From a virus (taxonomy: Duplodnaviria > Caudoviricetes): a stretch of DNA of 64,000 nt. The notes under the pieces are model-generated. The model worked only from the letters and a program-made list of their open reading frames with translations, had not been told where the DNA came from and made no database searches. Positions 10,002 through 20,670 of the stretch are shown in pieces; within the stretch, counting starts at the first letter, position 1, and each line of letters opens with the position of its first letter. A program made the translations under genes and the position numbers. Location: the IMG/VR virus record IMGVR_UViG_2595698455_000001, positions 88,428-152,427 of that record; one strand, written 5' to 3'.

Positions 10002-10874
10002 TTAGCCGTTGATGCCGTATTTCGCACGATACGCTTCGCGCTGGCGACGAATAGATTCTTTCAGCTCTTTACCAGCTTCGTCTTCATCATCGTCGTCTTT
10101 GTCGTCATCGCCTTCTTTCTTAGGCTTTTTGCCTTCATCGACTTTGTCTTTGTCGCCTTTGTTGTCTTTATTGTCGTCGTCGCCGTCTTTGCCGCCGACC
10201 TTATCCTGGAAGTCGTCGTCATCACCTTCTTTCTTGGCGGACTTGCCTTCTACCAGATTACGGAAGGTGTGAACACGAGAAGCGAATTCGCTTTCAGTGG
10301 TGAATTGCACCGCTTCCAGCAGATTGACAACAGTTTCTTTCTTGGTGTCAACCATACCTTCACAGATACGGGAGATCACAGAGTCACGCAGAGTCGCATT
10401 CGCGGCTTCTTTGATCTGGCGGTTTTCGCTTTCTGCTGCAGCCGCACGTTGTTCAGCTTCAGACAGACGACGAGTCAGCGCAGCGATCTGGCCGTTTTCG
10501 TCGGTAGCAAAGTTGATGCCAGCTTCTTTCAGAACGCCAGTCAGGCCAGTCAGCAGGTTTTCAGCTGCTTCACGCTTGATCTGAGCATCGATTGCAGGAG
10601 CGTTGGTGTTAGCCCACTCTTCTACAACGGCGTTCAGGAAGCTGTCAACCTTAGTCGCGATTTCCATCACGTGAGACTCTTTCAGCTGAGCAATCTCAGA
10701 CTGATGAGCTTCAACCAGACGCAGGCGCTCTTCGTTGCCAGCTTGTTCGGTTTCTTGAATAGCGGTCAGGCGAGCGGCTTCTACTTTAGATTCCAGCAGA
10801 CCAGACACTTTATCCAGGAAGTCGGTGCTGAGGCCGTTAACGCCCTCAAACAGTTTTTGCAATTCAGGTTTCAT
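10002..10874 (-). CDS. gp22: Prohead core scaffold protein
   Basis: Coiled-coil, acidic; lies between gp21 and gp23. Confidence 0.9.
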   Translation of the reverse strand: MKPELQKLFEGVNGLSTDFLDKVSGLLESKVEAARLTAIQETEQAGNEERLRLVEAHQSEIAQLKESHVMEIATKVDSFLNAVVEEWANTNAPAIDAQIKREAAENLLTGLTGVLKEAGINFATDENGQIAALTRRLSEAEQRAAAAESENRQIKEAANATLRDSVISRICEGMVDTKKETVVNLLEAVQFTTESEFASRVHTFRNLVEGKSAKKEGDDDDFQDKVGGKDGDDDNKDNKGDKDKVDEGKKPKKEGDDDKDDDDEDEAGKELKESIRRQREAYRAKYGING

Positions 10875-10919
10875 GATTGTTTCCTTCTGAACGATTTTCA
10901 GTATTTAGTGAGGCTGAAT

Positions 10920-11588
10920 TCAGCCCAGATGTCTCAATGCGATATCGAGGCGGCGCAGGAAGTCGTCTTCGAACTGCACATTGGTTTTCACCAACGAATC
11001 GACCACTTGCCCTTTGATGTCTTTAGGAACCCAGATTCCTGAAGATTCATCAAGCTGCCATTCAACAGATTCGCTCACAGCCTTTACATAACAAACTTGT
11101 CCAGAAGGACGGTCGACTGCATCAACAGCAGTGAGCATAAAGCCAGGTTGAACGTCGTCATAACCGTTCACCGACTTGGTCTCACCAAGGCCACGTGTAG
11201 ACACGGCCAAGTTGAAGTCTGCTTCGGCCAGAGCACGAATGATCTGACCTTTTGGTGTATTTAGCACACGCGCTCGACCGATTGCATTTGTACCCTCCCA
11301 ACGGAGGCTCTCGGTCTTCAGCGCAGCTTCAGCGATATCTGGGAAAGGGTAGTCGGGATGTTTGAGTTCACCGATTGCGCGACGATCCTGAACATACTCT
11401 TTGTCATATGCTTCGACAGCTGGCATGCCCACTTTCTGGAGATCGTAGTTGCGTCCATTACGGTTCACCTGATTACACATCACGAATGGACCTTCGATGA
11501 ACATAGCCTTGCCCCCAGTGGAGGTTGTGCTTTCACCGATTTGGAGGTCTTTCCCTATCGCCGTGATCTCACGCAACAGTTTCATCAT
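10920..11588 (-). CDS. gp21: Prohead protease
   Basis: NRNGRNY, GELKHP, VSTRGLG, DAVDRPS. Confidence 0.95.
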   Translation of the reverse strand: MMKLLREITAIGKDLQIGESTTSTGGKAMFIEGPFVMCNQVNRNGRNYDLQKVGMPAVEAYDKEYVQDRRAIGELKHPDYPFPDIAEAALKTESLRWEGTNAIGRARVLNTPKGQIIRALAEADFNLAVSTRGLGETKSVNGYDDVQPGFMLTAVDAVDRPSGQVCYVKAVSESVEWQLDESSGIWVPKDIKGQVVDSLVKTNVQFEDDFLRRLDIALRHLG

Positions 11589-11595
11589 TCGCTCC

Positions 11596-11901
11596 TTAAC
11601 TCAGCCCCATCATACGACGGAACTTCATCGCTTTCTTCTTACGACGCTCAATCTTGCGATTGTAGCCCATACCCATGCGTTTCTTGGCTCGTACCGCTTT
11701 ACGGTTGCCCAACTTGCGAGTACGGCGCTCACTGGCGACCATAACCTCACAACGGGAACCGTCAGCAGACAGCTTGAAACCAGGAGCACACTGCAGACGG
11801 CGGCGGCGTTTACCTTTTGCATTCACCTTGTCAATGACTTTCTGCTCGTCCATGCGGGAAGCCAGGAAATCAGCGAATGTAGCAACTTCTTCGATTTCCA
11901 T
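11596..11901 (-). CDS. gp68: Prohead core protein, gp68-like
   Basis: Very basic small protein; synteny. Confidence 0.75.
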   Translation of the reverse strand: MEIEEVATFADFLASRMDEQKVIDKVNAKGKRRRRLQCAPGFKLSADGSRCEVMVASERRTRKLGNRKAVRAKKRMGMGYNRKIERRKKKAMKFRRMMGLS

Positions 11902-11911
11902 GATGTGCTCC

Positions 11912-12079
11912 TCATTCGTCTTCGGCAGGAGACATGTCTTGACTCAGAGAGTTCATGACATATGCAGTGCCCTGTTGGACGAGTTCCTGGGCGCGAGCAG
12001 ACAGTTCAGTTTGACATTCTGCAACAGCAGCATCGGTGTCACCAGCGATGATTGCTCTTACCAGATCGATAGCAGCCAT
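11912..12079 (-). CDS. Prohead core protein, gp67-like (55 aa)
   Basis: Manual ORF MAAIDLVRAIIAGD..; GAGGA RBS; lies between portal and gp68. Confidence 0.65.
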   Translation of the reverse strand: MAAIDLVRAIIAGDTDAAVAECQTELSARAQELVQQGTAYVMNSLSQDMSPAEDE

Positions 12080-12117
12080 GATCATATCCTCTCAAATGTT
12101 TTCTATACTTAGTCGAA

Positions 12118-13809
12118 TTATTCTTCACCACCAGGCTGGATTGGCGCTGGGATGACGTTAGGTCTGAATTTCAGTGGGCTGACTTCCCCGCCGCCGAAGC
12201 CGCCGGATTCATCTGCCTGCACTTCAGGATATTTGCCTTCTTTCTTCTCTTTGGCGATCTTCTCTTGCTGATCTTTAATGTCTTCGTCAGACATACGCAG
12301 CAGATTGCGCTGAGCATAATCGATAGAGAACAGGGTGCCAATGTACGGTTCGATCTGGCCAAGAGCAGACATGCGTTGCGCCAGGATTTCGTTTTCCTGC
12401 TGCTCACGGATGAAGCTGTCAGATGTGAACTCGAACTTGACAAACGGCTTGATCTTTTCGTTCCAATCAGTCTGGTCAGTGATGTTCTTCAGGATCAACT
12501 GACGGCGAAGAAGTTCAAGGAAGAATCCTGAATAACGACGACGCAAGCCTGCGCAGAATTTATTGAAGCGCAGTTCTTCCTGAGTGATTTCAGCAAGGTT
12601 GGAACCACCGATGTTGATAGAACCTTCCTCTTGGAGACGGCTCTTAGGGATCATCAGAGCCTCATAGAGCTTCTCACGGAAGTATACCACATGATCCATT
12701 TGACCCAGCTGATCGCCACCGCCTACGTTGGAGATCTCCGTTGCGTTATTCCCTTCACGACGTGGCAACCAGTAGTCTTCGGCGATACCCATCAGATGAG
12801 TGTTGCCTGCCACTTTACCAGTGGTGCGGTCATACGCCAGACGGTTCTTGAATTTACCCATCATCGCCTGCATATACTCTTCCGCAGACTTCTTGCCCAG
12901 AGTACCCACGTCGAGATAGAACGCTCGCTTCTCTGGAGCACGCGTGATGGCGTAGATGACCGTCGCATCCTCAGTTGTAACGAGGTTGTTCAGGGGACGG
13001 ATAGCAGGGTTCAGCAGGCCTGGGATCACACCGTTGGACAATGGATCTTCACCGCTGTCGATATAGACGATGCTTTCCTCATCGAATACTAGTTCCTGCT
13101 GTGACGGCTGGAAGTTCTGCGAAGTACCAGACTGGCCAGTGAACTGATTGCGGTTGTAGTTCGGGTTGTAGTAGTATTGAAGTTTGACTTCTCCAATTAC
13201 CTCGATACCGTCGCGAACTTCTTTCTTCACGATGTATACAGGGCGGATACAGCGCGAATCCAGCATCACCAGTTTGGCAATACCGCCTTTCTTGTTCTTT
13301 GGATCCACGACAACATGATAAGCCTGACGACCTTCTACATACCAACGACGAATCTTCTGGTATGCGGTGTTATCGAAGTCCATGAGCTGGAGGACTTCTT
13401 TGAAGGCATCGCTGATCTTCTCTTTCAGGGCGTCATTGATCCCCTCAACCTTCTCTAGATTGATGGTGACGGGTGTCTCATCCTCTTCACAGGTGACGAC
13501 GTCGTTCACGATGATGTCGACAGCCTTACGGATCTCAGGTTGCTGAGCCATAGACTGGTATTCTTCGACGACTTGTTTGACGCTGAGCAGTTCACTCTCA
13601 ACTCCTACGAAATTGAATGTGTTGGCACCGCCCTGCAAGATGATAGAACCATCCTGAGCATCGTCCAGCGCAACAACAGTCGCTTTAGAAAGCAACTTCT
13701 CTTCTTGGTTCGTCACCAGTTTGTCGGTGTCTACTGGGGCTTCAATCTTCCCGCCAGTACCGAACAGACCGAAGAACCCGTTTCCGAATGCACCATTACC
13801 GAATGCCAT
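12118..13809 (-). CDS. gp20: Portal protein
   Basis: YAITRAPEKRAFYLDVG, EDYWLPRREG, ITQEELRF. Confidence 0.97.
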   Translation of the reverse strand: MAFGNGAFGNGFFGLFGTGGKIEAPVDTDKLVTNQEEKLLSKATVVALDDAQDGSIILQGGANTFNFVGVESELLSVKQVVEEYQSMAQQPEIRKAVDIIVNDVVTCEEDETPVTINLEKVEGINDALKEKISDAFKEVLQLMDFDNTAYQKIRRWYVEGRQAYHVVVDPKNKKGGIAKLVMLDSRCIRPVYIVKKEVRDGIEVIGEVKLQYYYNPNYNRNQFTGQSGTSQNFQPSQQELVFDEESIVYIDSGEDPLSNGVIPGLLNPAIRPLNNLVTTEDATVIYAITRAPEKRAFYLDVGTLGKKSAEEYMQAMMGKFKNRLAYDRTTGKVAGNTHLMGIAEDYWLPRREGNNATEISNVGGGDQLGQMDHVVYFREKLYEALMIPKSRLQEEGSINIGGSNLAEITQEELRFNKFCAGLRRRYSGFFLELLRRQLILKNITDQTDWNEKIKPFVKFEFTSDSFIREQQENEILAQRMSALGQIEPYIGTLFSIDYAQRNLLRMSDEDIKDQQEKIAKEKKEGKYPEVQADESGGFGGGEVSPLKFRPNVIPAPIQPGGEE

Positions 13810-13876
13810 GATTAAGTCCTCAACATTTTCTTGTAATTAGTGAGGGGGAATAAAGATTCCCCCAGCACTGAGGACA

Positions 13877-14410
13877 TTAAAGAGATCGGTCAGAGATGGC
13901 CTGGAAGTAACGCAGGTCAACAGTGAACTGAGTATATGAGTCCATCGCGGACATATCCAGTTCCAGCTGGCCGAGGTTCTGAGGCCAAGTGCCCTGCAGA
14001 GTCCAGGTTTTGGTGACGTTGTCGTTCGCGTCCAGCAACTCCATGATCACGTCACGGAAGTAGTCGTCAGCGTTAGCGCTCGCACGGTTGTTATTGCTGC
14101 CGTTGATGTACTGCTGCCAGACCTCAAAGGCGTTATATGGACCGTTCTCTACCACGTTGATGAAGGTGATAGGCAGCGCTTCAAAGCGACGGTCACCAGG
14201 GAATGGAAGTTCACGACCACCCCAAGGCACAAGTATTTCCCCGAGCTGGCCTGTTGGTGTATTTGTGGTGACCGCCAACAGCGAAACATCACGGATAGTA
14301 TCGCTGCCAGCCACGAAGGAAGGGAAGTTAACAGTCACACGCCAACGGTGTTGGCGCTGAACGCCACCCCCGCGTGACATAGCTGCTCTGAATTCATTAA
14401 CTGTACTCAT
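13877..14410 (-). CDS. gp19: Tail tube protein
   Basis: GRELPFPGDRRF, WPQNLGQLELD. Confidence 0.93.
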   Translation of the reverse strand: MSTVNEFRAAMSRGGGVQRQHRWRVTVNFPSFVAGSDTIRDVSLLAVTTNTPTGQLGEILVPWGGRELPFPGDRRFEALPITFINVVENGPYNAFEVWQQYINGSNNNRASANADDYFRDVIMELLDANDNVTKTWTLQGTWPQNLGQLELDMSAMDSYTQFTVDLRYFQAISDRSL

Positions 14411-14471
14411 AATCATTCTCCAAAATGTGGTTAGACAATTCTAATTAGCTGCCAACCAGTGGTCTTTAATC

Positions 14472-14550
14472 TTAAATCTGTGGCTCTCTTCCTTTGGTAT
14501 ATCCCAACTTCAGGAATTGGTCCAGAATCTATATGGCTGTTGGTAATCAT
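14472..14550 (-). pseudogene. Possible relic of a deleted homing endonuclease gene
   Basis: Late motif, RBS and ATG followed out of frame by LDQFLKLGYTKGREPQI*. Confidence 0.4.
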
Positions 14551-14600
14551 TTCAATGACCTCTCTTGTATCGGGTATTTATTCCCCGAGAACCCATTGAA

Positions 14601-14620
14601 ATGCCCTCCGAAGAGGGCAT
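14601..14620. terminator. Hairpin / terminator
   Basis: ATGCCCTC-cgaa-GAGGGCAT. Confidence 0.55.
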
Positions 14621-14700
14621 GGTCGTTCTCCTCTGAATAGTGTAAATATTTAGTTCTGAAATAAATGGGGTTAAAATATTCTAAAGTGAGGATATTTATT

Positions 14701-16491
14701 ATGCCATTCCCTGATAAAAACTGTTCATGTTGTCACAAACCATTCACCCCGACAAGGAAAGCTGCTTTGTATTGTGGTGATGACTGTAAATCATTCATGC
14801 TGGGAACGATGAAACGCAATCCGGGTTTGTTGGATGACATCCCAACTAACGAATCTGAGTGCCGCGTTTGGGTCGATAGTAAACTCAGGAAGAAAGATGG
14901 TTCGCTGAACTACAAACTCATTTCCCACCACCTACTCATGGCGCAGACAGGGCTTGATATTGTTGGTTACGTGGTAAAGCACAACGACCTTCTTGAAGAA
15001 CCCCAAGCAATAACTGCTTGGCTATATGATATTCAGAAGTCTTGTTGTATCACTTGTGGTTCTGACGTAGGTTTGGAAATGGAAGTCAAACCACCGAGAT
15101 ACAAAAAGTTTTGTTCTGAAGAGTGTCAACGCGAATCAATGAAGATAGGAGGCGCAGAACGGGACAATTTAGACAACTCCCTATCAGAGAAATATGGCGT
15201 AGCCAACATATTCCAACTGGAAAAGATAAAACAAAAGTCCCGGGAAACTGTCCTTAAGAAATATGGGGTCGACCACCCTATGAAGTCTGATGTTATAAAG
15301 GACAGAGTGGCTGCTTCCGTCATGGAACGCTATGGCGTATCACACGTCATGAAAGTGCCAGAAGTGAGGGAAAGGGTGATTGAGACTTGGAGGAAGATCT
15401 ATGGTGTGGATCATCCAATGTTCCTCAATTCCATTATAGAAAAGAGAAAGAAAACATGCGTCTTAAAATATGGGGTTGATTATCCGTTGAAGGTAAAGGC
15501 TATATGGGATAGAAGCCAGGCCAATACCAGGATCATTTCAAAAGAAAAATACGGCGTACCTCACTATTTCTCTTCTGAAGAATATAGGAACTCTTTCACA
15601 TACCCCAGCAGCCAAAGCCAAAGCCAAACGCAACCAGAAATAGAAATATGTTCATACCTGGATTCATTGGGTGTTATTTGCGAATCTGGTAATTTCTCTA
15701 TCTTGAAAGGCAAAATGTTCGACGGGAGGGTGACCACACGCCAGATAGACATATACTGCCCAGAACATAAGTTGGCAATAGAATTCAATGGGCTGTACTG
15801 GCATTCAGAGAAATATCGATACAAAGACTACCATCTTGAAAAGACCATGTACTGTGAAGCCCAGGGTATTCAGTTAATCCACATCTGGGAAGATGAGTGG
15901 CGTGACAAACAGGAAGTGGTTAAATCACTCCTTAAAGCAAAATTGGGGATAGGGAAACCGTTGTCGTACGCTCGCCAACATACCATTGTGGAAGGATCCT
16001 ATAGAGCGTCCAAGGACTTCCTCGACCGATTTCATATACAAGGTAGTGCAGTGGCAACAGATTACATACACCTTGTAGACAAAACGGGGAACATTCAAGC
16101 AGTGATGCTGTTTACCAAACGGGTGCATGGTATTGAACTGGTGAGATTTGCTTCTAACGGTTGCCATGGTGCATTCTCGCGCTTGTTGAAATATTATATC
16201 CCTCGACATCGGGGAGAGGTAGTATATTCTTTTGGAGATCGCTGTGTTGTCAGTCGTTTGAATAACGTTTATCTTAATAACGGGTTTATAGAGAAGGAAA
16301 TCCTTCTACCTGATTACAAGTATGTGACCCCCGATTATCACCAACGAGTCCATAAATTCAGTTTTAGGAAAGACAAATTTAGAGAACTCGGTTACGACAT
16401 AGAAGGTAAAACAGAGGATATGCTGTCGTCAGAAGCTGGCTTGACGCGTATTTGGGGGTGTGGTCTGATACGTTACGAATTGGTAAAATAA
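14701..16491 (+). CDS. Hef-like free-standing homing endonuclease, paralog 2 (antisense between gp18 and gp19)
   Basis: Same architecture as paralog 1, six YGV repeats; GAGGA RBS. Confidence 0.8.
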   Translation: MPFPDKNCSCCHKPFTPTRKAALYCGDDCKSFMLGTMKRNPGLLDDIPTNESECRVWVDSKLRKKDGSLNYKLISHHLLMAQTGLDIVGYVVKHNDLLEEPQAITAWLYDIQKSCCITCGSDVGLEMEVKPPRYKKFCSEECQRESMKIGGAERDNLDNSLSEKYGVANIFQLEKIKQKSRETVLKKYGVDHPMKSDVIKDRVAASVMERYGVSHVMKVPEVRERVIETWRKIYGVDHPMFLNSIIEKRKKTCVLKYGVDYPLKVKAIWDRSQANTRIISKEKYGVPHYFSSEEYRNSFTYPSSQSQSQTQPEIEICSYLDSLGVICESGNFSILKGKMFDGRVTTRQIDIYCPEHKLAIEFNGLYWHSEKYRYKDYHLEKTMYCEAQGIQLIHIWEDEWRDKQEVVKSLLKAKLGIGKPLSYARQHTIVEGSYRASKDFLDRFHIQGSAVATDYIHLVDKTGNIQAVMLFTKRVHGIELVRFASNGCHGAFSRLLKYYIPRHRGEVVYSFGDRCVVSRLNNVYLNNGFIEKEILLPDYKYVTPDYHQRVHKFSFRKDKFRELGYDIEGKTEDMLSSEAGLTRIWGCGLIRYELVK

Positions 16492-16513
16492 AAACCCCGC
16501 CAAAGCGGGGTTT
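16490..16513. terminator. Bidirectional terminator
   Basis: AAAACCCCGC-caaa-GCGGGGTTT between convergent genes. Confidence 0.8.
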
Positions 16514-16517
16514 GTTA

Positions 16518-18416
16518 TCAGGAGGCCGCGACGATACCACCACCAGTTTCGACTTCGCTAAATTCCATATCTGGGCGAACGGCGGCGAAATCAAGATACA
16601 CCCAGTTAATGCTGTATTCAGGCTTGAGCCAGATACCCGCAACCATCTGGTTCGCAGCGATGATATCGGCAGTGTTGTTGTCTGCATCACACTTGACAGT
16701 ACCGTCATAGATCGCGCCCATGTTGGTCAGCTGACGCAGATACGGACGCACCGCGTTGCTGAACAGGCTGCGAGTGAACTCATCGTTGTTCTCACCAAGG
16801 TAGTATTTGGCGATTGCAGCGATGTTCTGCTCGGCCATGATGAACAGGCCACGAACGTTGATGCGGTCGAACGCAGATGGGCGGGTCAGGCCAGTCTTGT
16901 CCCCGTACAGCACGATGCCTTCGTTGGAGAAAGTGACGATGCTGTTGATCTGGTTGCGGTACAGGACAGCACGCTCATCAGAAGACGCAGACCACGCCAT
17001 GCGGTTGTAGTTGTTGTATTTGCCACGGTTGTGGAACGCTGGAGACTTGTAGATACCAGCCAGCTCAATGCTGCGTGCCCAAACACCCGCCGTACCACCA
17101 CATGCAGGGATCCAACGCATCTTGTCGTTGTACTTGTCGTACACATACGCCCAGTTGTCGTCCATGAAGAAGTAGGAGGAGTCGCGCACCAGACTTTCAC
17201 GCCAGGCCACAACATCATCCATCTCACGACCACGGTTGCCAACAACGTTATCTCGCAGTGGAGAAACGAAGGACACGGTGTCTTTGCGCTCGGTAGACAG
17301 GTCGATGATGGCCTGCTGCTCGATGAGTTCTTCACAGTATGCGAACACTGGCTTGGCAGCGTATGCTTCTGCGTTGTTCAGAACTTCGATGGCCGCCACA
17401 CGGTTCACGTCGTAATCGTCAACACCACCTTCCAGCTCGGTCACGCCAGCCGCCAGAGTATCGGTGAAGACATACACCCAGTTGGACGTGTCGTTGATCA
17501 CATCTTTGAAGTATGCGTTCGCGCCGTCGGATTTCTTAGAACCCTGGGTCTGTTGCATCAGTTCATACTTCTCGATAATGGAGCCGGAAGTACCAACAGT
17601 GGTCACAACGTTGCCGATGGTGATACCTTTGGAGGCTTCAACCGACACAACAACTGCAGTTTGTGGACCGATAGCAACACGAGTGAAAGTCACAGTGTTG
17701 GACTTGGCCACCACATTGGTGAACTTGTTGGTCAGAGCCGCCAGATCAGTACCCAGCTGAGTAGCGATATCGGCCGCTGTGTCACCAGTCAGGAAGTCGT
17801 AAGCCACGCCATCAACAGTGATGTTACCATCAGCCGTCGCAGTACCAGACAGGGAGATACGCTCAACCTGACCGACAGCACCGGAAGAGTTGGTGATGCG
17901 ACCCACTTTGTCCAGAACGACGATGTGATACTCACCAGCCTGTGGAGAATAGGCGAAGTTGTTGCGGAATTCCCAAGTCGGGAAAGACGCTGCATCACAA
18001 ATGTTCACTGCCACATCGTTGCCCAGAGAGCCAGGATAACGGCCAGTCCAGGTGATAGATGCAGATGGGCTTGCTGATTCAAAGTCCAGCTTGTTCTTGA
18101 TGGTGATCGCCGTCTGTCCTTTGGTCACAGAGTTCTTGGCCAGAGGACCGACAACACGGGTGACCCATGCCATAGAACTATAGGACAGGAAGTCCGCCAC
18201 GACCAGGAAGTCGACAGCAGTGTCATCGTTAGGTTTGAAGAATTTCTTCACCAGACCAGTCTCACCACCAGTAACCAACACAGGGAGTTCAACTTCACCC
18301 CACTGGAATTTACCGACGGTCGCGCCCTGAACAACAACGGACGGAGACGTCTGAAGCGTGGCATCACGCTCCGTCCACTGTACGGACGGCGCAACGCTGA
18401 AGCTTGTAGTTGCCAT
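16518..18416 (-). CDS. gp18: Tail sheath protein
   Basis: GKFQWG, SPAFHNRG, YGDKT, FDRINVRGLF. Confidence 0.97.
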   Translation of the reverse strand: MATTSFSVAPSVQWTERDATLQTSPSVVVQGATVGKFQWGEVELPVLVTGGETGLVKKFFKPNDDTAVDFLVVADFLSYSSMAWVTRVVGPLAKNSVTKGQTAITIKNKLDFESASPSASITWTGRYPGSLGNDVAVNICDAASFPTWEFRNNFAYSPQAGEYHIVVLDKVGRITNSSGAVGQVERISLSGTATADGNITVDGVAYDFLTGDTAADIATQLGTDLAALTNKFTNVVAKSNTVTFTRVAIGPQTAVVVSVEASKGITIGNVVTTVGTSGSIIEKYELMQQTQGSKKSDGANAYFKDVINDTSNWVYVFTDTLAAGVTELEGGVDDYDVNRVAAIEVLNNAEAYAAKPVFAYCEELIEQQAIIDLSTERKDTVSFVSPLRDNVVGNRGREMDDVVAWRESLVRDSSYFFMDDNWAYVYDKYNDKMRWIPACGGTAGVWARSIELAGIYKSPAFHNRGKYNNYNRMAWSASSDERAVLYRNQINSIVTFSNEGIVLYGDKTGLTRPSAFDRINVRGLFIMAEQNIAAIAKYYLGENNDEFTRSLFSNAVRPYLRQLTNMGAIYDGTVKCDADNNTADIIAANQMVAGIWLKPEYSINWVYLDFAAVRPDMEFSEVETGGGIVAAS

Positions 18417-18468
18417 AATCTTATTCCTTCTCGGTAGAGTTTCGCTCAATTTGAAAGATATTTAGTGA

Positions 18469-20670
18469 TCACCGTCCGAGCCATTCTTCCATGGACATGC
18501 CAGATCGTTCGTCATAAACCTGCACGCCACTAAATCCTGGCACATTCTCCACAGAGTGTGGATCAGGAGCCGACAACACACCGCCGAAAGGCATCATCTG
18601 TGATTCTTCCATTGCAGACAAGCGGCCTCTCATGTCGACAGAGATACTGGAGTTGGTGAGGTCACTAAACCATTCTTGTTTCACCGCCCATGCATACAGC
18701 ACAAGAGGCATTACACAGTCATCATGACAACCATCATCGGCTTCATACCTTGTCCCAGTCCATACGAATGTACTGAGTTCATCTATCGTGTCTTGGTCGT
18801 CAACAACCAGCATCTCCCTTTCGATCAGGGCTTTCAGGTTAGCACAGCCGTTTGTGCGTACCTTCTTGTTGGTGTTGATACCAGGTTCAGGACGCCGCCC
18901 ACCGATTCGCTTACCAGTCCCCTTGGCGTCTGTGGTTGTGAATATGATCTCAGGATATTCAATTTCCTGATAGAGTATCATGATCACCTGACCGCCGACG
19001 TCGTTGTTGGTTTCAACCAGCATCGGACACGTGCCATACTTCTCGCCCATGTCTGCAATCGTGTATGCGTACATCATCGGAGGTATCGTGTTGTTTCGAT
19101 ATTTGGCCGCGATCTTATGAGGGTACTCTGTGATGTCGATGATAGTCAACACCGAGTAGTCCCCCTCCACACCCTTGCCTGTATCCGCGATCCCCATGTA
19201 GATGTGCTTCGGATCGTAGTCGTGATAGATCTTGGTGAACTCGTTTGGCTCTTCGTAGAGCTTCGAGGTCATCTTGTCCAGACACTTGGCTGGGATAAGT
19301 GAACCGACCGACCCACGGAACTTGATGCCAAATTCCTGATCGAAGCGTGCATCCCCCAGCTTCGCCCTCTGTTTGGATTCCCAGTTTGGATCCTTGGTGT
19401 ATGTTGGTACACGGTTCCATGGGACTTCGGTGAGATTGAAGTCGTTGTACTGAGGGTGCTCTGGATTCGCCTTGGTGACGATGTCGTAGAACAATCCGCG
19501 CTGACCTTTTGGTGTACTTGTCAGGATACAACGTGAAGTCTCTGCAGATGCAATTGCAGGGAATGTTGACTCCCAGAATTCAAAGTCGTTTTCAATGAAC
19601 GCCACTTCGTCCACATACAGGAGCGATACAGATCGACCACGGATGGAGTCAGAGGATGTCGCATAAGCATAGATCTTCGATCCGTTTTCGAACTCGATGA
19701 GCGTGGAGCCGAACTTCTCACAACCCTGCTGGAGGAAGAATGGCAAATCCTGGTATGCCTTGCGAATACGGTCCAGGATTTCAATCGCCTGCTTCTCTTT
19801 GTTCGCCAGTACTGCGATCTCTTTGTCGGAGTGGAACATTGCATACCAGAGAAGGAACGCCGCCACGACAGTCGTGTTATGACTGAGGAAGCCGTTGGTG
19901 TAGTAGCGCTGGTCACTGGATTTCACCTGTAGGTCATACATGTGGTGCATCTTACCAGTCTGCCAGACCTCAACGACTTCTTCTAGACCTTCTTCGGTCA
20001 TCAGCTGCGAACCAGCCACCAGATCCTTTGCGAACACTTCTTTCATGTTCTGATTGAAGAACATGTGATCATCGGCTACGTTGATACGACGACCACTGGA
20101 AGTGACGACAACATACTCTTGATACTGCTTGGTCTTGTGTGCTGCGATAACCGGAACCCAGCCGATATCACAGCGAACGAAATAACGCTTGCCGAAGCGG
20201 CTGTCTACGAACTTATCGTGTTTGCCAAAGGCATTCAGTGGCTCAGCGTGATTCGGTCCCTCGAAGCGGCTGTGAAGCTCCTCGATGGTGACTTTAAACT
20301 CTTCTTGGCTGACTGTGTCGTATACCTCAACGATACTGTCGCCTTTCACACACTTACCTGACTGACGCGCCTGGACAACAGCGTTGAAGCGGTGATCCTG
20401 GAAGTCATGGAACAACTGCTTCTGATAGTCGTGCATATCGAAGAGGATGAAGCCTTTATCGATGGTCGTGATCTTGTAGTAGTTGGCAGCGAAGTAATGA
20501 GCATCCATCGCGCATTCTACGAATTCGTCTTCTTGCTCATCCGTCAACATCAACTGAACACGAGGGGCGCGCACAGACGGCTTGCGCATGAACGTTTGGT
20601 CCATACGCAATTTGACGTCTGGTATTTTAAAACCGGTTTTCTCTGGTGCCCAATCTATCTCATATGCCAT
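18469..20670 (-). CDS. gp17: Terminase large subunit with intein
   Basis: ARQSGK|TT Walker A, YVDEVAF, TSTPKG, HDDCVM. Confidence 0.96.
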   Translation of the reverse strand: MAYEIDWAPEKTGFKIPDVKLRMDQTFMRKPSVRAPRVQLMLTDEQEDEFVECAMDAHYFAANYYKITTIDKGFILFDMHDYQKQLFHDFQDHRFNAVVQARQSGKCVKGDSIVEVYDTVSQEEFKVTIEELHSRFEGPNHAEPLNAFGKHDKFVDSRFGKRYFVRCDIGWVPVIAAHKTKQYQEYVVVTSSGRRINVADDHMFFNQNMKEVFAKDLVAGSQLMTEEGLEEVVEVWQTGKMHHMYDLQVKSSDQRYYTNGFLSHNTTVVAAFLLWYAMFHSDKEIAVLANKEKQAIEILDRIRKAYQDLPFFLQQGCEKFGSTLIEFENGSKIYAYATSSDSIRGRSVSLLYVDEVAFIENDFEFWESTFPAIASAETSRCILTSTPKGQRGLFYDIVTKANPEHPQYNDFNLTEVPWNRVPTYTKDPNWESKQRAKLGDARFDQEFGIKFRGSVGSLIPAKCLDKMTSKLYEEPNEFTKIYHDYDPKHIYMGIADTGKGVEGDYSVLTIIDITEYPHKIAAKYRNNTIPPMMYAYTIADMGEKYGTCPMLVETNNDVGGQVIMILYQEIEYPEIIFTTTDAKGTGKRIGGRRPEPGINTNKKVRTNGCANLKALIEREMLVVDDQDTIDELSTFVWTGTRYEADDGCHDDCVMPLVLYAWAVKQEWFSDLTNSSISVDMRGRLSAMEESQMMPFGGVLSAPDPHSVENVPGFSGVQVYDERSGMSMEEWLGR
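19876..20352 (-). mobile_element. Mini-intein (159 aa, no endonuclease domain) in the TerL Walker A motif
   Basis: GK|CVKGDS...ADDH...MYDLQV..YYTNGFLSHN|T; removal restores GKTT. Confidence 0.92.

Noticed and set aside
10080-10230. GTC/TCA-rich low-complexity repeats
   Set aside because: They encode the Asp/Lys-rich tail of gp22
16452-18077. 541-aa plus-strand ORF
   Set aside because: Antisense shadow of gp18 caused by codon bias
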